Assembly: GCA_035402645.1 (NCBI GenBank)
Contig: DAONDQ010000001.1
Span: forward strand, 15,680 to 79,679
DNA: 64,000 bases
From: Candidatus Cloacimonadota bacterium
Lineage (GTDB): Bacteria > Cloacimonadota > Cloacimonadia > Cloacimonadales > DAONDQ01
Direction of reading: 5' to 3'
The notes beneath the pieces were generated by a model. The model searched no databases. It saw only the letters and a list, made by a program, of their open reading frames with translations, and was not told the origin of the DNA. Below, one piece after another: positions 36,070-46,681 of this stretch (the stretch's first letter is position 1; each line of letters starts with the position of its first letter). A program made the position numbers and the translations under genes.

Positions 36070-38385
36070 TTAAAGACCAGGTTGGGCAAATGGGTACTTG
36101 AGCAGAATACAGGTCGTTTCAGCTGATACATTCGTACCCAGCAAACGTACGGTTATTGTTACTGCAACAGTTCCTGGCGTACCTGTCTGCGGATCACCGT
36201 TCGGAATTTCATAAGCGGTGAACTTAATCCTTCCTTCCGCGATACCGTTTGTTGAACCGTCTGAATTGTTGTCATGTATCACATGACCAGTACCATCTAA
36301 CCCTGTCCAACTCGGATCATACCAGTCGGTAATGATCGTATTCCATAGTGAAGAATCATTGGGATGGTCAGGATCATTAGGGCCACCTGGATTAGGCCAT
36401 TGTAAACTAGTTCCAGCCCAGTAGACAAAAAATCCACGGGTTGCAGTAAGCACTAACCTGGCATGATGTATCGGATTCCCCTGTCCATCGGTCAGGGATA
36501 TTCTGATAATGCAGTATTTAACACCGCTATTGCCATCAGAGGTAAAGTAATCAAGATGTCCGGGAATTATCACGGCTTCCATATTCGGTGAGTTAAGAGG
36601 AAGGGACAGGTCACCTTCACCGATGATCAGATTTCCCTGAAGGTCGGTTGTCGTCGCTCTCACCTTAACTAATTCATAGGTATAAACACCATTATAAATG
36701 ATCGTTGTATAGGCTACACCGGCAGTGGAATCACCATCGACGTTCTCATTACCAACGTAGGCATTACCAATAATGGAGCAATTGGCAAGAATGCTTTGAT
36801 TAGGCTGATTCTCTGGAAGAGAGAAGAATACACTTGTACCGTAATCAACAGGATTACCATATGCATCTTTCACGACTGCTTCAGCGACGATTCTCCACAA
36901 ACCGCCACCCTGTGCAGTACCGGTGTTGAAATCACCAATACTTAGAATCACCTGGCTTGGAGCACCGGAATGGATAACAATATTTGCTTTCGTTGCAGAC
37001 ACCGTTGTTCCATCGATTTTCTGAGCAGTAGCACGAATCGAAAGCGGTCCTGAGACAGTGCCGCTGTTGACCGATATTTGCGCTATACCTCCACTGGATA
37101 TTGTCGTAATCGGTCCAACACCTTGCCCGTTTAGGTTGGCTCCGGCGGGAACATTACCAATCAAACTAAAATCTACATTCGTAGGATGATCGATCAGGTT
37201 TCCGTTAATATCGAAAAGTTTCACTTTCAGGATTGCCGATTCATGACCACCAGTATGCGCAACATTCAGATCAATCTGACCTGAATTTTCGAATTGCATC
37301 GAATATATCTCATCAGATGTGACTGTAAATAAGACATGAGTGGTTAAAGAATCATGGTTTATGTAAGAATCAATCGTAGCACTTCCAGAACTTAAACCAG
37401 GTGTGAAACGAACAGCAGCAATGCCTTGAGAATTTGTATTTTTATAGGTAATGTTGTTCGTACTCAGGAATGTCCCTAATGATGTCTGGAACTTAACCAG
37501 CGCATTCGGACAGGCATTGTTGTGGATATCAGAAACAGAAGCACTGATAAAAATGGAATCAGGGTTGTTCACAGTGCTTTCATCTGTAATCGTTTGAACA
37601 CCATTATGAACCGTATAGGATGACATCACCAAATTGGTGGGCCAACCGGGTAGAATCGTTATATCCTTGCCAGTTATCTTCGTTCCGATTCTGACATGAA
37701 TTGTGGCTGGTCCGGATAAAGGTCCGGCATTATACTGAACTGTGGCAGTACCGTTAGAAGTCTTTACAACGATGGAATCACCATTTGCGGAAAGATCAGG
37801 ATTCAAGAAGAAACCTCTTGTCGCGCTGAAGGTAAGCAGCGTATTATCAGGTACATCAGCACCTAATATATTCTTCGCCTTTGAGCGAAGTGTAACGACC
37901 TGATCAACCAGCATTGTAGTTGCGTTCAATTCAAGTGTAAGATTGGATACAGCTGGAATTGGAATAATGTGAACTATTGTTGAAGTAGAATCAATAGTCA
38001 AACCAGTTGTAGCACTCTTAATGATTGCTTCTACTTTCGCATCACCGGTCTCATTTTCACCACGTGAATAGAAAGTGGTCTTTGCAACACCGGAACTGTC
38101 TGTAGTGACTTGCCTGATTATTCCACCAAGATTGGAACGGAAATAAACAGTCACTTGTGAAGCTGCCAAGTCCTCACTATCTTTCACTAAAACAGATATA
38201 TTCGAATAAGTGATACCATTATCAGCATATATCGTATCTGTTGAAGCAGTCATATTGACAATATGCACCAATTCACTTAATGGGGTGGTTGCCTTGGTAA
38301 TCGGAGGATTACGCTTATCGCAACCGGTAAAGAAAACGAGAGATACCAATATCAGACAACAGGTTAGAGTGAGTATTTTTTTCAT
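36070..38385 (-). CDS. lipoprotein with multiple bacterial Ig-like repeats
   Basis: Lipobox LVSLVFFTGC. Repeated ~90-aa units rich in T/S/G with recurring GxAxVxxxAG..SGxAxIxA-type patterns (Big_1/invasin-like). No catalytic motif seen. Confidence 0.6.
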   Translation of the reverse strand: MKKILTLTCCLILVSLVFFTGCDKRNPPITKATTPLSELVHIVNMTASTDTIYADNGITYSNISVLVKDSEDLAASQVTVYFRSNLGGIIRQVTTDSSGVAKTTFYSRGENETGDAKVEAIIKSATTGLTIDSTSTIVHIIPIPAVSNLTLELNATTMLVDQVVTLRSKAKNILGADVPDNTLLTFSATRGFFLNPDLSANGDSIVVKTSNGTATVQYNAGPLSGPATIHVRIGTKITGKDITILPGWPTNLVMSSYTVHNGVQTITDESTVNNPDSIFISASVSDIHNNACPNALVKFQTSLGTFLSTNNITYKNTNSQGIAAVRFTPGLSSGSATIDSYINHDSLTTHVLFTVTSDEIYSMQFENSGQIDLNVAHTGGHESAILKVKLFDINGNLIDHPTNVDFSLIGNVPAGANLNGQGVGPITTISSGGIAQISVNSGTVSGPLSIRATAQKIDGTTVSATKANIVIHSGAPSQVILSIGDFNTGTAQGGGLWRIVAEAVVKDAYGNPVDYGTSVFFSLPENQPNQSILANCSIIGNAYVGNENVDGDSTAGVAYTTIIYNGVYTYELVKVRATTTDLQGNLIIGEGDLSLPLNSPNMEAVIIPGHLDYFTSDGNSGVKYCIIRISLTDGQGNPIHHARLVLTATRGFFVYWAGTSLQWPNPGGPNDPDHPNDSSLWNTIITDWYDPSWTGLDGTGHVIHDNNSDGSTNGIAEGRIKFTAYEIPNGDPQTGTPGTVAVTITVRLLGTNVSAETTCILLKYPFAQPGL

Positions 38386-38398
38386 CTTTCCATCCTTC

Positions 38399-39805
38399 CT
38401 AATCTTTATACTGGATTAGGTGTTTATCCAATCTGGAATCAACATCTGCTTCTTTTTGATCCTTGGTCATATCCACTAAGCGTGGTGTGATCTCAATGAT
38501 CAAATCTGTATTATCTAAAACTTCATAGCGATGCTGGAATATTTTTCCGATAAATGGGATATCGCTGAGCAATGGAAGTTTGCTTGTCTTTTGGCTCAAG
38601 GTTGAATTCAACAAACCACCGACAATGATCTTCTTTCCATCCGGTACCGTTACCGTTGAGTTTACTCTACGTACTTTCGTACGAGGGACATAACCACCAA
38701 CCAATTCAATCACGGAACTGACTTCCGGACTGATGGTGGTCGTAATTTGACCATCCTTGTTTACAGTGGCTTTCACTTTCAATTTAATACCAACATCCTG
38801 ACGTTCCACTTCAACCTGGTTCACATTATTGGTTACCACGAAAGGAACAGTTTCACCAATCAAGATGTCTGCATCTTCACCATTCATGGCAGTGATGCGA
38901 GTATCTGTAAGAAGTTTGGCGGCATTATTTTCTAAAAGCCAATCCATTGTAATGTCAAAGGCTGATAGCTGGCGACTGAAATGACCAACATCATCCCAAC
39001 CTGTCATCTTCTGGAAATACTGAGTCTTGGGTAAGACTTCGAAATCAAGAGGATCACCGTGTGGAAGAGAACCATCAACATAAGATGTATTGTAGTTATA
39101 TGGTAATCCAATTCCACTGCCATTGACCGGATCTTCTGCCAAAATTGTGGTTAAATGGTTCAGTTTTGACCAATCGATTCCATACTGTTTTGAAGATTCG
39201 AGAGAAACTTCAATCACACGTGCACGGATCTCAATTTGCTTTTGGGGGATATCCAATTCCTGGATACGAGCTAATAATTCATTAAAAGTTTCAGGATTTG
39301 CTCTGATAATCACGGCATTTTGTTCAGAAAGAGGAACAATCTGACCAGGCATCATCGAGAAGGCTTTTGAAAGCTTGTCAGCACTGATATTATTCAGATA
39401 CAGTGTATAACTGCGTTCTCCTGTCTCTTCAGAGATTCTTGCTTTATCGCCAACGATAAAAGTATTATCTCCAATCAGACGATAGGATAATCCAACAGAT
39501 TTTGAAACCAAAGAGATAGCATTCTCAATTGGTACATCCTTCAGATGTACAGTAATACGTTTTTCTGCGTTTCTGTCTTTATCTGTTCCACCTGTGCTTG
39601 TATCGACAGCAAGAACGATATTGGTGTTGCTCAACTTGGATAATGTTGTTAGCACAGCGGATAAAGCTGCATCATCAGCATCAAGGGACACCTTCTGATT
39701 CATCAGTTGATCCCTTGTTATTGCGTACATGGGCAGTGCAATGCTAAACAAAAGAATAAAAACGAAGAACACCCATTTCTTCTGCGAAAAATGCGAAATT
39801 TTCAT
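38399..39805 (-). CDS. pilQ: type IV pilus secretin PilQ
   Basis: C-terminal secretin motif VPDGKKIIVGGL...KLPLLSDIPFIGKIFQ. Signal peptide. Start taken at MKISHF (GGGAG SD); the ORF-track start is 39817. Confidence 0.8.
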   Translation of the reverse strand: MKISHFSQKKWVFFVFILLFSIALPMYAITRDQLMNQKVSLDADDAALSAVLTTLSKLSNTNIVLAVDTSTGGTDKDRNAEKRITVHLKDVPIENAISLVSKSVGLSYRLIGDNTFIVGDKARISEETGERSYTLYLNNISADKLSKAFSMMPGQIVPLSEQNAVIIRANPETFNELLARIQELDIPQKQIEIRARVIEVSLESSKQYGIDWSKLNHLTTILAEDPVNGSGIGLPYNYNTSYVDGSLPHGDPLDFEVLPKTQYFQKMTGWDDVGHFSRQLSAFDITMDWLLENNAAKLLTDTRITAMNGEDADILIGETVPFVVTNNVNQVEVERQDVGIKLKVKATVNKDGQITTTISPEVSSVIELVGGYVPRTKVRRVNSTVTVPDGKKIIVGGLLNSTLSQKTSKLPLLSDIPFIGKIFQHRYEVLDNTDLIIEITPRLVDMTKDQKEADVDSRLDKHLIQYKD

Positions 39806-39831
39806 ATTTTCTCCCATTGATGTTTATTTCT

Positions 39832-40383
39832 TTAGTAGTTCATATCTGACTGGGTAGCCTGATTGGCTTTATTGGTATCCAGTTCCACTGGTCGAGGCGG
39901 AATGGGTTCAAGATACATCACACCGCGCTGACCGTTTGCAAGATACACAATTTGACCATTATGAATTTCTTCAATTTTCCTACCGGCGACATAGTCTCCA
40001 ATATAGTATCTTCCATCAGATCCCTGATAGGAAATAATGGCAGTTCTCTTTCCATTTTCATCGATGAAGGTACCTGCAAGGCGAACCATATTTCTGACCA
40101 TATTTTGCCATTGTTGAAGCAAATCGATCTTATCCTGTACGATTAGGTCTTGCTTCAGCGGATCCTTGGTTACGGTGAAAATGAAACTCTTTCTATCCTG
40201 TATTGACCTTTCTATATCCTGAATAGTAGCCATCAAACTGTCACTGACAGACATCTTTGAATAGACGGATTTGTCAGGAACATTCAATTCCTTCTTATAC
40301 AAAGCAGCATCTCTAAGAAGAAAAACAACGAGCATAATGATCGTCAAGCTGACAGCGAAGTCTTTCAAATACTTGTAATCCAT
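39832..40383 (-). CDS. hypothetical membrane-anchored protein in the PilP position
   Basis: Single N-terminal TM segment. Lies between the pilO-like gene and pilQ with a TAATG stop/start overlap. Assigned by synteny only. Confidence 0.4.
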   Translation of the reverse strand: MDYKYLKDFAVSLTIIMLVVFLLRDAALYKKELNVPDKSVYSKMSVSDSLMATIQDIERSIQDRKSFIFTVTKDPLKQDLIVQDKIDLLQQWQNMVRNMVRLAGTFIDENGKRTAIISYQGSDGRYYIGDYVAGRKIEEIHNGQIVYLANGQRGVMYLEPIPPRPVELDTNKANQATQSDMNY

Positions 40384-40943
40384 TATGCCTCCTTGACTAC
40401 CTTGAATATTGACAATTCAAGTGTGACCTTGTACCTTGTTACCTGGGTAGAAGCAGTAAGTGTCTTGGAATTTGCATCCTGTACTTGAACTGGTGTCACA
40501 TCAAGAGTATTGATTTTGATGATGTTATCCATTCCTTCCAGTTCGGATAAGAACTGACCGGTCTGGACATAGGTGCAATTCAGTTCCAGTATATACTGCT
40601 GCTCCAACATGGATGCATTTGAAAAAACTGCTTTCGGATAAATGGAGACGACTGCGATCTTATATTGATCACACATGTCAGCAAGTTGTTTCACGAAGGC
40701 ATTGACTTCGTCCGGACTGAATTGCTTCTCTGTTGTAAGGCTATTATTAATGATCAGATTGAATTGACTCAACTGTTCATTCATGATCTTTGCACTATTG
40801 AGTTTTTCCTGTGCTTTTTTGATCTTTTTATCTACAGAATTGATTTTGTTGATCTTCGAATTGATCATGGAACCACTGATGACAAAGAACAGCACACTAA
40901 CGAGAGCAATCAGAAGCAAGAATATTATGTATTGTCTTCTCAT
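40383..40943 (-). CDS. pilO: PilO-like pilus assembly protein
   Basis: N-terminal TM segment plus coiled coil (KKIKKAQEKLNSAKIMNEQL) and a ferredoxin-like C-terminal region. Position after the pilN-like gene, with a 4-nt overlap. Confidence 0.5.
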   Translation of the reverse strand: MRRQYIIFLLLIALVSVLFFVISGSMINSKINKINSVDKKIKKAQEKLNSAKIMNEQLSQFNLIINNSLTTEKQFSPDEVNAFVKQLADMCDQYKIAVVSIYPKAVFSNASMLEQQYILELNCTYVQTGQFLSELEGMDNIIKINTLDVTPVQVQDANSKTLTASTQVTRYKVTLELSIFKVVKEA

Positions 40944-41542
40944 TTTTTACCTGCCTTTGCCTGTTGGGTAATGCTGTCTTTCCCGAAACAATCGACTTGG
41001 AAACGGATGATATCCGTATCTTTTTCACGATCACGGTTAGAGCGGATAAATTCGATATCTTTAAAATCTGCACTGATTTGAGGATTTGCTTTTAAACTTT
41101 CGATAAAGTTGTTAATCAAATCAAATTCCTTTTCGTTCTTATTCACCTTTGTTATTCCATATAAACTCAAGATACCGCGCTTATATGAAAAATGGGTAAT
41201 TGCAATCTGGTTTTGTGTTCTGTCTGCCAATGCCACCAATTTCCTTGCCCAGAATATTCTGTCGGTAAAGGCATCTGACAAACGATCAAGATCTGACTTC
41301 GAAAGAAAATCACCACTGACTTCATAGGTTGCCACCTGATCTTCGATCTGCTTCAAGAAATGTTCTCTTGCATCAAGTTTATGTGCCAGTTGTGTATTCA
41401 GGTAAATAACGACTGCGAATAGTAAAATTGTTCCCAAAACGAATAAACTGACGAACGTTTGAAATGCTTTCCGTTCTGCTTCCTGCTGAAGTCTCAGTTC
41501 TCCGAATTTGTTCAGATTTATCTTAAAAAAGAATCTCGTCAT
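40940..41542 (-). CDS. pilN: PilN-like pilus assembly protein
   Basis: Short cytoplasmic N-terminus, one TM segment (FVSLFVLGTILLFAVVIYL), then a periplasmic domain. Directly follows pilM. Confidence 0.55.
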   Translation of the reverse strand: MTRFFFKINLNKFGELRLQQEAERKAFQTFVSLFVLGTILLFAVVIYLNTQLAHKLDAREHFLKQIEDQVATYEVSGDFLSKSDLDRLSDAFTDRIFWARKLVALADRTQNQIAITHFSYKRGILSLYGITKVNKNEKEFDLINNFIESLKANPQISADFKDIEFIRSNRDREKDTDIIRFQVDCFGKDSITQQAKAGKK

Positions 41543-41550
41543 CGTGCCTC

Positions 41551-42621
41551 CTATTCTTCCCGCATTGCCAAACCAATCGCCAATGCAAATTGCGGATCCC
41601 GCTTATCAGCAAGACGATCCGGAACATCAAGGTTAGCGAATGGATTGTATAATTCGGTGGAGATGTTGATTCGTTCCTGAATATATTCAGCCAATCCTTT
41701 CATTTTCGCTGTACCCCCAAGTAGATACACCTTTCTGAAATCACTATTGTTGGCTTCCTTAACATAGAAACGAAGCGAGCGACGAATTTCATCGACGAGT
41801 TGATCTTCAACTGTTTTTTCAGAGATATCCAACATGCTCAAAGCATCAGCATTCGCGGCTACTGGAGGTTTATTCAACCCGTATTCAACCTTATGCTGTT
41901 CTGCTTCTTCGAACGTCAGATTATAGCGCCGCATAAAATCTCTGCTGAAATGATATCCACCATAGGAGATATCCCTGGCAAAGAACTTTGCCTGTGGACC
42001 ATAGATCACCATATTTGTGGAATGACCGCCCAAATTCAATAATACATATGTACCTTCTTCAACAATTGTATTGAGTACAAAGGCATTGGCGATCGCCAGT
42101 GAATCGATATCCACAATATTAGCTGTCAGACCGGCTGCTGTCAGAACTTCAGTATGATCGTTCAACAGGTCTTTGTTGGCAGCGGCTAAAAGGATATTCA
42201 TATTATTGGTTTTTTCTTCAATGCTGAGGACTTGATAATCCAGCACCATTTCATTGCTGCTGATGGGAATATGCTTCTTGGCTTCAAAGAAAAGCGCAGA
42301 TTCCAATTCTTCATCAGGCAGAAATATGGTTTTAATCTGTTTGATGCTCGTATCCTCACCACCGATTGACGTCACAAGATGCTGGATATGCTTGGGACTC
42401 AGTCTCATGCTCTTCAGTACTTCCACGAGAACCGGAGCAAATCTGTCCTTTCTCAAATCGGAAGGAACATATTCGATTCCAGAAGGTACTGTAGGGCGCA
42501 CCTCGCAACTCAGTAACTTGAATCCCTCGTGAACTTTTCTCAGGTGAACAGCCTTGATGCTGTGGGTCCCGATATCAATTCCAAGAGATTCCTTGAATTT
42601 GATGGTCTTCTTCTTATTCAT
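41551..42621 (-). CDS. pilM: type IV pilus assembly protein PilM (actin-like ATPase)
   Basis: LGIDIGTHSIKAVHL phosphate-1 motif and LLGGTAKMKGL. ~355 aa. Confidence 0.85.
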   Translation of the reverse strand: MNKKKTIKFKESLGIDIGTHSIKAVHLRKVHEGFKLLSCEVRPTVPSGIEYVPSDLRKDRFAPVLVEVLKSMRLSPKHIQHLVTSIGGEDTSIKQIKTIFLPDEELESALFFEAKKHIPISSNEMVLDYQVLSIEEKTNNMNILLAAANKDLLNDHTEVLTAAGLTANIVDIDSLAIANAFVLNTIVEEGTYVLLNLGGHSTNMVIYGPQAKFFARDISYGGYHFSRDFMRRYNLTFEEAEQHKVEYGLNKPPVAANADALSMLDISEKTVEDQLVDEIRRSLRFYVKEANNSDFRKVYLLGGTAKMKGLAEYIQERINISTELYNPFANLDVPDRLADKRDPQFALAIGLAMREE

Positions 42622-42651
42622 ACAGCCTCTTCTATATATTGATTTCTGATA

Positions 42652-44487
42652 TTAAAAATTCGTTGGTGGTTTCTTGAACTTCCAACTCTCTGAATCGAAA
42701 GGTGTCAAACCCGCCTTGGTATGTGTTTCCGGAAAGTTTGGTGGTTGCGTGAATGAGAAGCGATTATCAAAATGATAGTCCTTCTTATAACCAACTCCCG
42801 CACCACTTGCGCCCGGATAATTCATACCCTGACATGCGCCACCGTATTTGTAATTAGGAAAATTCCATGTATTATTATGATTGGGGGGATCGTTCGTACT
42901 TCTGTGCACAAAACCACGTCGTCTTTGAGCCACGGATCCATACAGATGGATATACCCTCTTTCCATATAAGGAGCTGCTTCAGGCCATAATGGATTGAAC
43001 CAGGGATAATCGAGGGCAGGAGGCCATGGATTTAACGATGTTTGCGGATATGGCCGCAAATGAAGATCAATCTTGTTATACACCGTATTCCCTATCCTGA
43101 TGTCCGGTGTGGAAGGGTGAGGATGCTGATATTCAAATGTAAATACACCATCCTTGTGCGGATCTCCGTCTCCATCACCCAAAGCACAAACGGCTGCATA
43201 AATCCAGATACCCGTATGATCTCCTGTGTCACCACCACATGTATCGTGATGTCTCAATGAATCGACCGGGTCTCTGAACCCGTATTTAATATTGACCCTT
43301 TGTTCTGAAACCAGACCAACAAAATCATGCAGATTACCGTTCCCTGGAAGCGCACCTCCATCCGGGTTAACTCCCCTGGGCGTTTCGGTCAGAACAATAT
43401 CACCGATCAGCGATAAAGTATCAGCGCATCCCCAAGTTTGCTTCCCTGTGAAAGTTCCTTCGATCCAAGTTTCATTTGGACAATAAATGGAATTGTTGGA
43501 AACAGAACCGGCTGGTCCTTCAACCCATACGGTATCCATTTTGGTCAGCCAATAACCGAACAACTCAGGACCCTGAGGTGGCGGATATGCAGCATATACA
43601 TCGATTGATTCAGGTCTTGCATGCATTTGAATCGTACCGATCCATGAATGATAGTTTGTTCCAGAAACCTTGACCCGAACAATCTTGGAAGGATCGTGAC
43701 CACCTGGAAAATGGGGGCCGGCTTCAATCAGGTTGGCTGTTGCGGGAAATTCCAACTGCGGGGAATGTTCAAAATAATTAGCATGGAAAATCGTAGTATA
43801 GGGAACAGTACCACTTGAACTTTGAAAAACACCCGATGTTGATACATCGCCATAGAATGTCGGCCAGCCATTATTTAATCCACCGCCCAGCTGCTCAACC
43901 CAGATATCTGAATTACTATGAACCTTACCGTAGATCACGTCGGGACCATAAAAATATACACGTCCTGCTTCAACACCGAGATCGGAATTTTCGGACTGGT
44001 CGATATCAGAGAAATAATGATATCCTGCAAAGGTCGAACGCCGAATGTCTTTTTCAGCGTATTTTTTTACAGGAGATACATTTCTCGACCAAACCATTCC
44101 GGAACCGCTTCCTCTCTTTGCTGATACAAGAGATTGTACCGTATATCCGTTCGTAGTATATAGACCGCCTCCAGTCGTAACGTTTGCTTTCACGATCTTT
44201 GTTTTCATGAAATAGGCTGTTCTGGCATCGGTTGACATAACATCAAATTGTTGCGTAGGCAATGTAAATCCTTCGCCAGAATAATCGGTCGTCCTACAAG
44301 CCAATAAACCACGAAAAGCCTGGTAGCGCAATAAATGCGTTTCCTGAAGCCCGTCATATTGCACACGGGCAGAAACTGCATCCTTGAGTGCCACACCAGT
44401 CATCGCAACACTGGACAAAAAGGCAACGACAACAACTGCCATGGCAAGTCCAAGATTACCTTTTTGATTCATTAAGAATAAACGCAT
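42652..44487 (-). CDS. large PilX-N-terminal-like pilus-associated protein, paralogue C (inside the pilus operon)
   Basis: MRLFLMNQKGNLGLAMAVVVVAFLSSVAMTGVAL aligns residue-for-residue with the N-termini of paralogues A and B, so the start is taken at 44487. Same C-terminal ...KFKKPPTNF. Confidence 0.6.
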   Translation of the reverse strand: MRLFLMNQKGNLGLAMAVVVVAFLSSVAMTGVALKDAVSARVQYDGLQETHLLRYQAFRGLLACRTTDYSGEGFTLPTQQFDVMSTDARTAYFMKTKIVKANVTTGGGLYTTNGYTVQSLVSAKRGSGSGMVWSRNVSPVKKYAEKDIRRSTFAGYHYFSDIDQSENSDLGVEAGRVYFYGPDVIYGKVHSNSDIWVEQLGGGLNNGWPTFYGDVSTSGVFQSSSGTVPYTTIFHANYFEHSPQLEFPATANLIEAGPHFPGGHDPSKIVRVKVSGTNYHSWIGTIQMHARPESIDVYAAYPPPQGPELFGYWLTKMDTVWVEGPAGSVSNNSIYCPNETWIEGTFTGKQTWGCADTLSLIGDIVLTETPRGVNPDGGALPGNGNLHDFVGLVSEQRVNIKYGFRDPVDSLRHHDTCGGDTGDHTGIWIYAAVCALGDGDGDPHKDGVFTFEYQHPHPSTPDIRIGNTVYNKIDLHLRPYPQTSLNPWPPALDYPWFNPLWPEAAPYMERGYIHLYGSVAQRRRGFVHRSTNDPPNHNNTWNFPNYKYGGACQGMNYPGASGAGVGYKKDYHFDNRFSFTQPPNFPETHTKAGLTPFDSESWKFKKPPTNF

Positions 44488-44541
44488 GTCCATTCCTTTC
44501 TTACACGGTCTGAAATGTGTGCCCATGACAAATCAGCTATC

Positions 44542-45141
44542 CTACATCTTGTTGATAGCCATTTTTGTCGAATAGCTCACATATCGATATACGTTCTTAC
44601 GGATCTCTACTTTTGCAGACAAATTAACTTGCAGCACCTTTGCCGGTGATGACGAGTTGACTTGTGAAAATGATAATCCCGTAACTTTGATTTTATTATT
44701 TCTGCTTTGCTTGGGGAAGAGATAGATCGGGGATGATGGTTGCAAAGTACCATGTAAATAGGTACCCCGAACTGCTTTCCCATCGAACCAGAATTTGACA
44801 TAATCGCCCTGATGGGTAATATCCTGTGCCTGTGTCTTCAATACAATCCCGGCGGCACCATTGGGACCACCCTGGAAGAATGATACAGTATCTGCATTGG
44901 CAACACCATACCATACCTTCTGGTTCGTTCCTTCGCTCATTATTAATCCGTATTTGATCCCTCTCTGCAGGCAATCATATGCTTGCGTTTGAAGATCAGA
45001 GACACGGGTAAGCTCTTCATATTTAGAGAAGAATGCTGCAAAAGCAGTAGCGGCGGCAGCAAAGATGACACCGGAAATTGCGATGGCAACAACCAGTTCT
45101 ATGAGTGTAAAACCAAATTGTGATTTTGCATTTCGTATCAT
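44542..45141 (-). CDS. minor pilin (prepilin-type N-terminal cleavage/methylation domain)
   Basis: MIRNAKSQFG|FTLIELVVAIAISGVIF class III signal. Confidence 0.75.
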   Translation of the reverse strand: MIRNAKSQFGFTLIELVVAIAISGVIFAAAATAFAAFFSKYEELTRVSDLQTQAYDCLQRGIKYGLIMSEGTNQKVWYGVANADTVSFFQGGPNGAAGIVLKTQAQDITHQGDYVKFWFDGKAVRGTYLHGTLQPSSPIYLFPKQSRNNKIKVTGLSFSQVNSSSPAKVLQVNLSAKVEIRKNVYRYVSYSTKMAINKM

Positions 45142-45152
45142 ATTTGCTCTTC

Positions 45153-45584
45153 CTATTGTGCTATATCCGCAGAAATTGCGAAGTCTTCTCTTAATGCTAC
45201 TGAACGTAACCTTCGATCTCCGGGCTCAGTCCACTGTACTGTAATGATGATCGGCTGATGATACATAAGTTGACCCAAGGCATTGTCAGATTGAATGTTT
45301 GGCTTGGAAAAAAGCATCTTTCCAATCAACTGATGACCATTTGGATATGTGTCTATCACCACCGGCATCCAATTAAATTCATCGAAGTTCTTTAGCGCAT
45401 TGAACATATAGTATTGCCATTCCAGTTCACCGGAAGCAATTAATGTCGCAACCCTGTCATGAGAATTGCGGACAAGCGTCTTCTGGCTATACACGATGGC
45501 AATATATAATGCTGCAAATGATGCCACTACAATGACAGCAGATAATATAACATCCAGTAGGGTAAACCCTTTTTCATTATTCAT
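45153..45584 (-). CDS. minor pilin-like protein with Asp at +5
   Basis: MNNEKG|FTLLDVILSAVIVV has a prepilin-like leader, but Asp replaces the canonical Glu5. An alternative start lies at 45602. Confidence 0.6.
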   Translation of the reverse strand: MNNEKGFTLLDVILSAVIVVASFAALYIAIVYSQKTLVRNSHDRVATLIASGELEWQYYMFNALKNFDEFNWMPVVIDTYPNGHQLIGKMLFSKPNIQSDNALGQLMYHQPIIITVQWTEPGDRRLRSVALREDFAISADIAQ

Positions 45585-45605
45585 GATCCGACCTATGTGC
45601 ATCGC

Positions 45606-46661
45606 TTAGAAACCAACACCTGTAGCGAACAATTTAGGATTATCCGCCACCTGTTCGGCCAGTGTTCTATCGACGAGATTATTCATTACATGATTGTAGA
45701 GAGATTGATCTTTGGTTTGCATGCCTTCTTTCGTTCCAGCCTGGATCACAGAAGGTATCTGATATGTCTTTTCCTCACGGATAAGATTTCTAACAGCAGC
45801 GTTCGCGATCATGATCTCAAGAGCCGGAACACGTCCCTTGCCGTCCTTTGTGGGAAGCAGGGTTTGTGCCACGACAGCTTCCAGGGATTCGGACAACATG
45901 GAACGAACCTGTTGCTGTTGCTCTTTCGGGAACATGTCGATCACACGGTCGATGGATTTTGTTGCACTGCTGGTATGCAGGGTGGCTAAAACCAAGTGAC
46001 CGGTTTCTGCAGCGGTCAAAGCTAATTGAACCGTTGCAAGATCACGCATTTCACCAACGAGAATCACATCAGGGTCTTCACGAAGAGCTGACTTCAAGGC
46101 GGCGGTAAATGACCATGTGTCATGTCCGAGTTCGCGTTGATTGATCAACGAGTTCTTACTGCGATGGACAAATTCGATCGGGTCTTCGATTGTAATGATA
46201 TGGCAATATCTGCTTTCATTGACCTGGTCGATCATCGTGGCAAGAGTCGTTGATTTTCCGCTTCCGGTAGGTCCCGTCACAAGAATGAGTCCCTTTTCTT
46301 TCGTGGTAAGCTTCTTGAGAGAATCCGGCAGGTGAAGTTCATCGAAAGTTTTTATTTCGTTTGGAATTACACGAAACGCAGCAGCTAATCCATTGATCTG
46401 ATGAAATGCATTCACACGGAATCGAACATCATTGGACAGTTTTGTGGAAAAGTCCAATTCCAGGTTCTTCTTGAAAATCTCTTTCTGCGAGTCATTCATA
46501 ACTCCATAAATCAGATTTTCAATCTCTTCTGCAGACAGTATCGGCAGATTGAGACGCTTCATCCTTCCGTTGACACGCACCATCGGATAAGAACCTGTAC
46601 TGATGTGCAGATCCGATGCTCCTGCATCTGATGTAAATTTCAATAATTCTTGAATGGTCAA
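45606..46661 (-). CDS. pilT: twitching-motility retraction ATPase PilT
   Basis: Walker A VTGPTGSGKSTTLA and TAAETGHLVLATLHT. ~350 aa with no N-terminal extension. Confidence 0.9.
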   Translation of the reverse strand: MTIQELLKFTSDAGASDLHISTGSYPMVRVNGRMKRLNLPILSAEEIENLIYGVMNDSQKEIFKKNLELDFSTKLSNDVRFRVNAFHQINGLAAAFRVIPNEIKTFDELHLPDSLKKLTTKEKGLILVTGPTGSGKSTTLATMIDQVNESRYCHIITIEDPIEFVHRSKNSLINQRELGHDTWSFTAALKSALREDPDVILVGEMRDLATVQLALTAAETGHLVLATLHTSSATKSIDRVIDMFPKEQQQQVRSMLSESLEAVVAQTLLPTKDGKGRVPALEIMIANAAVRNLIREEKTYQIPSVIQAGTKEGMQTKDQSLYNHVMNNLVDRTLAEQVADNPKLFATGVGF

Positions 46662-46681
46662 AACAACCTCCCAGCGGTCAA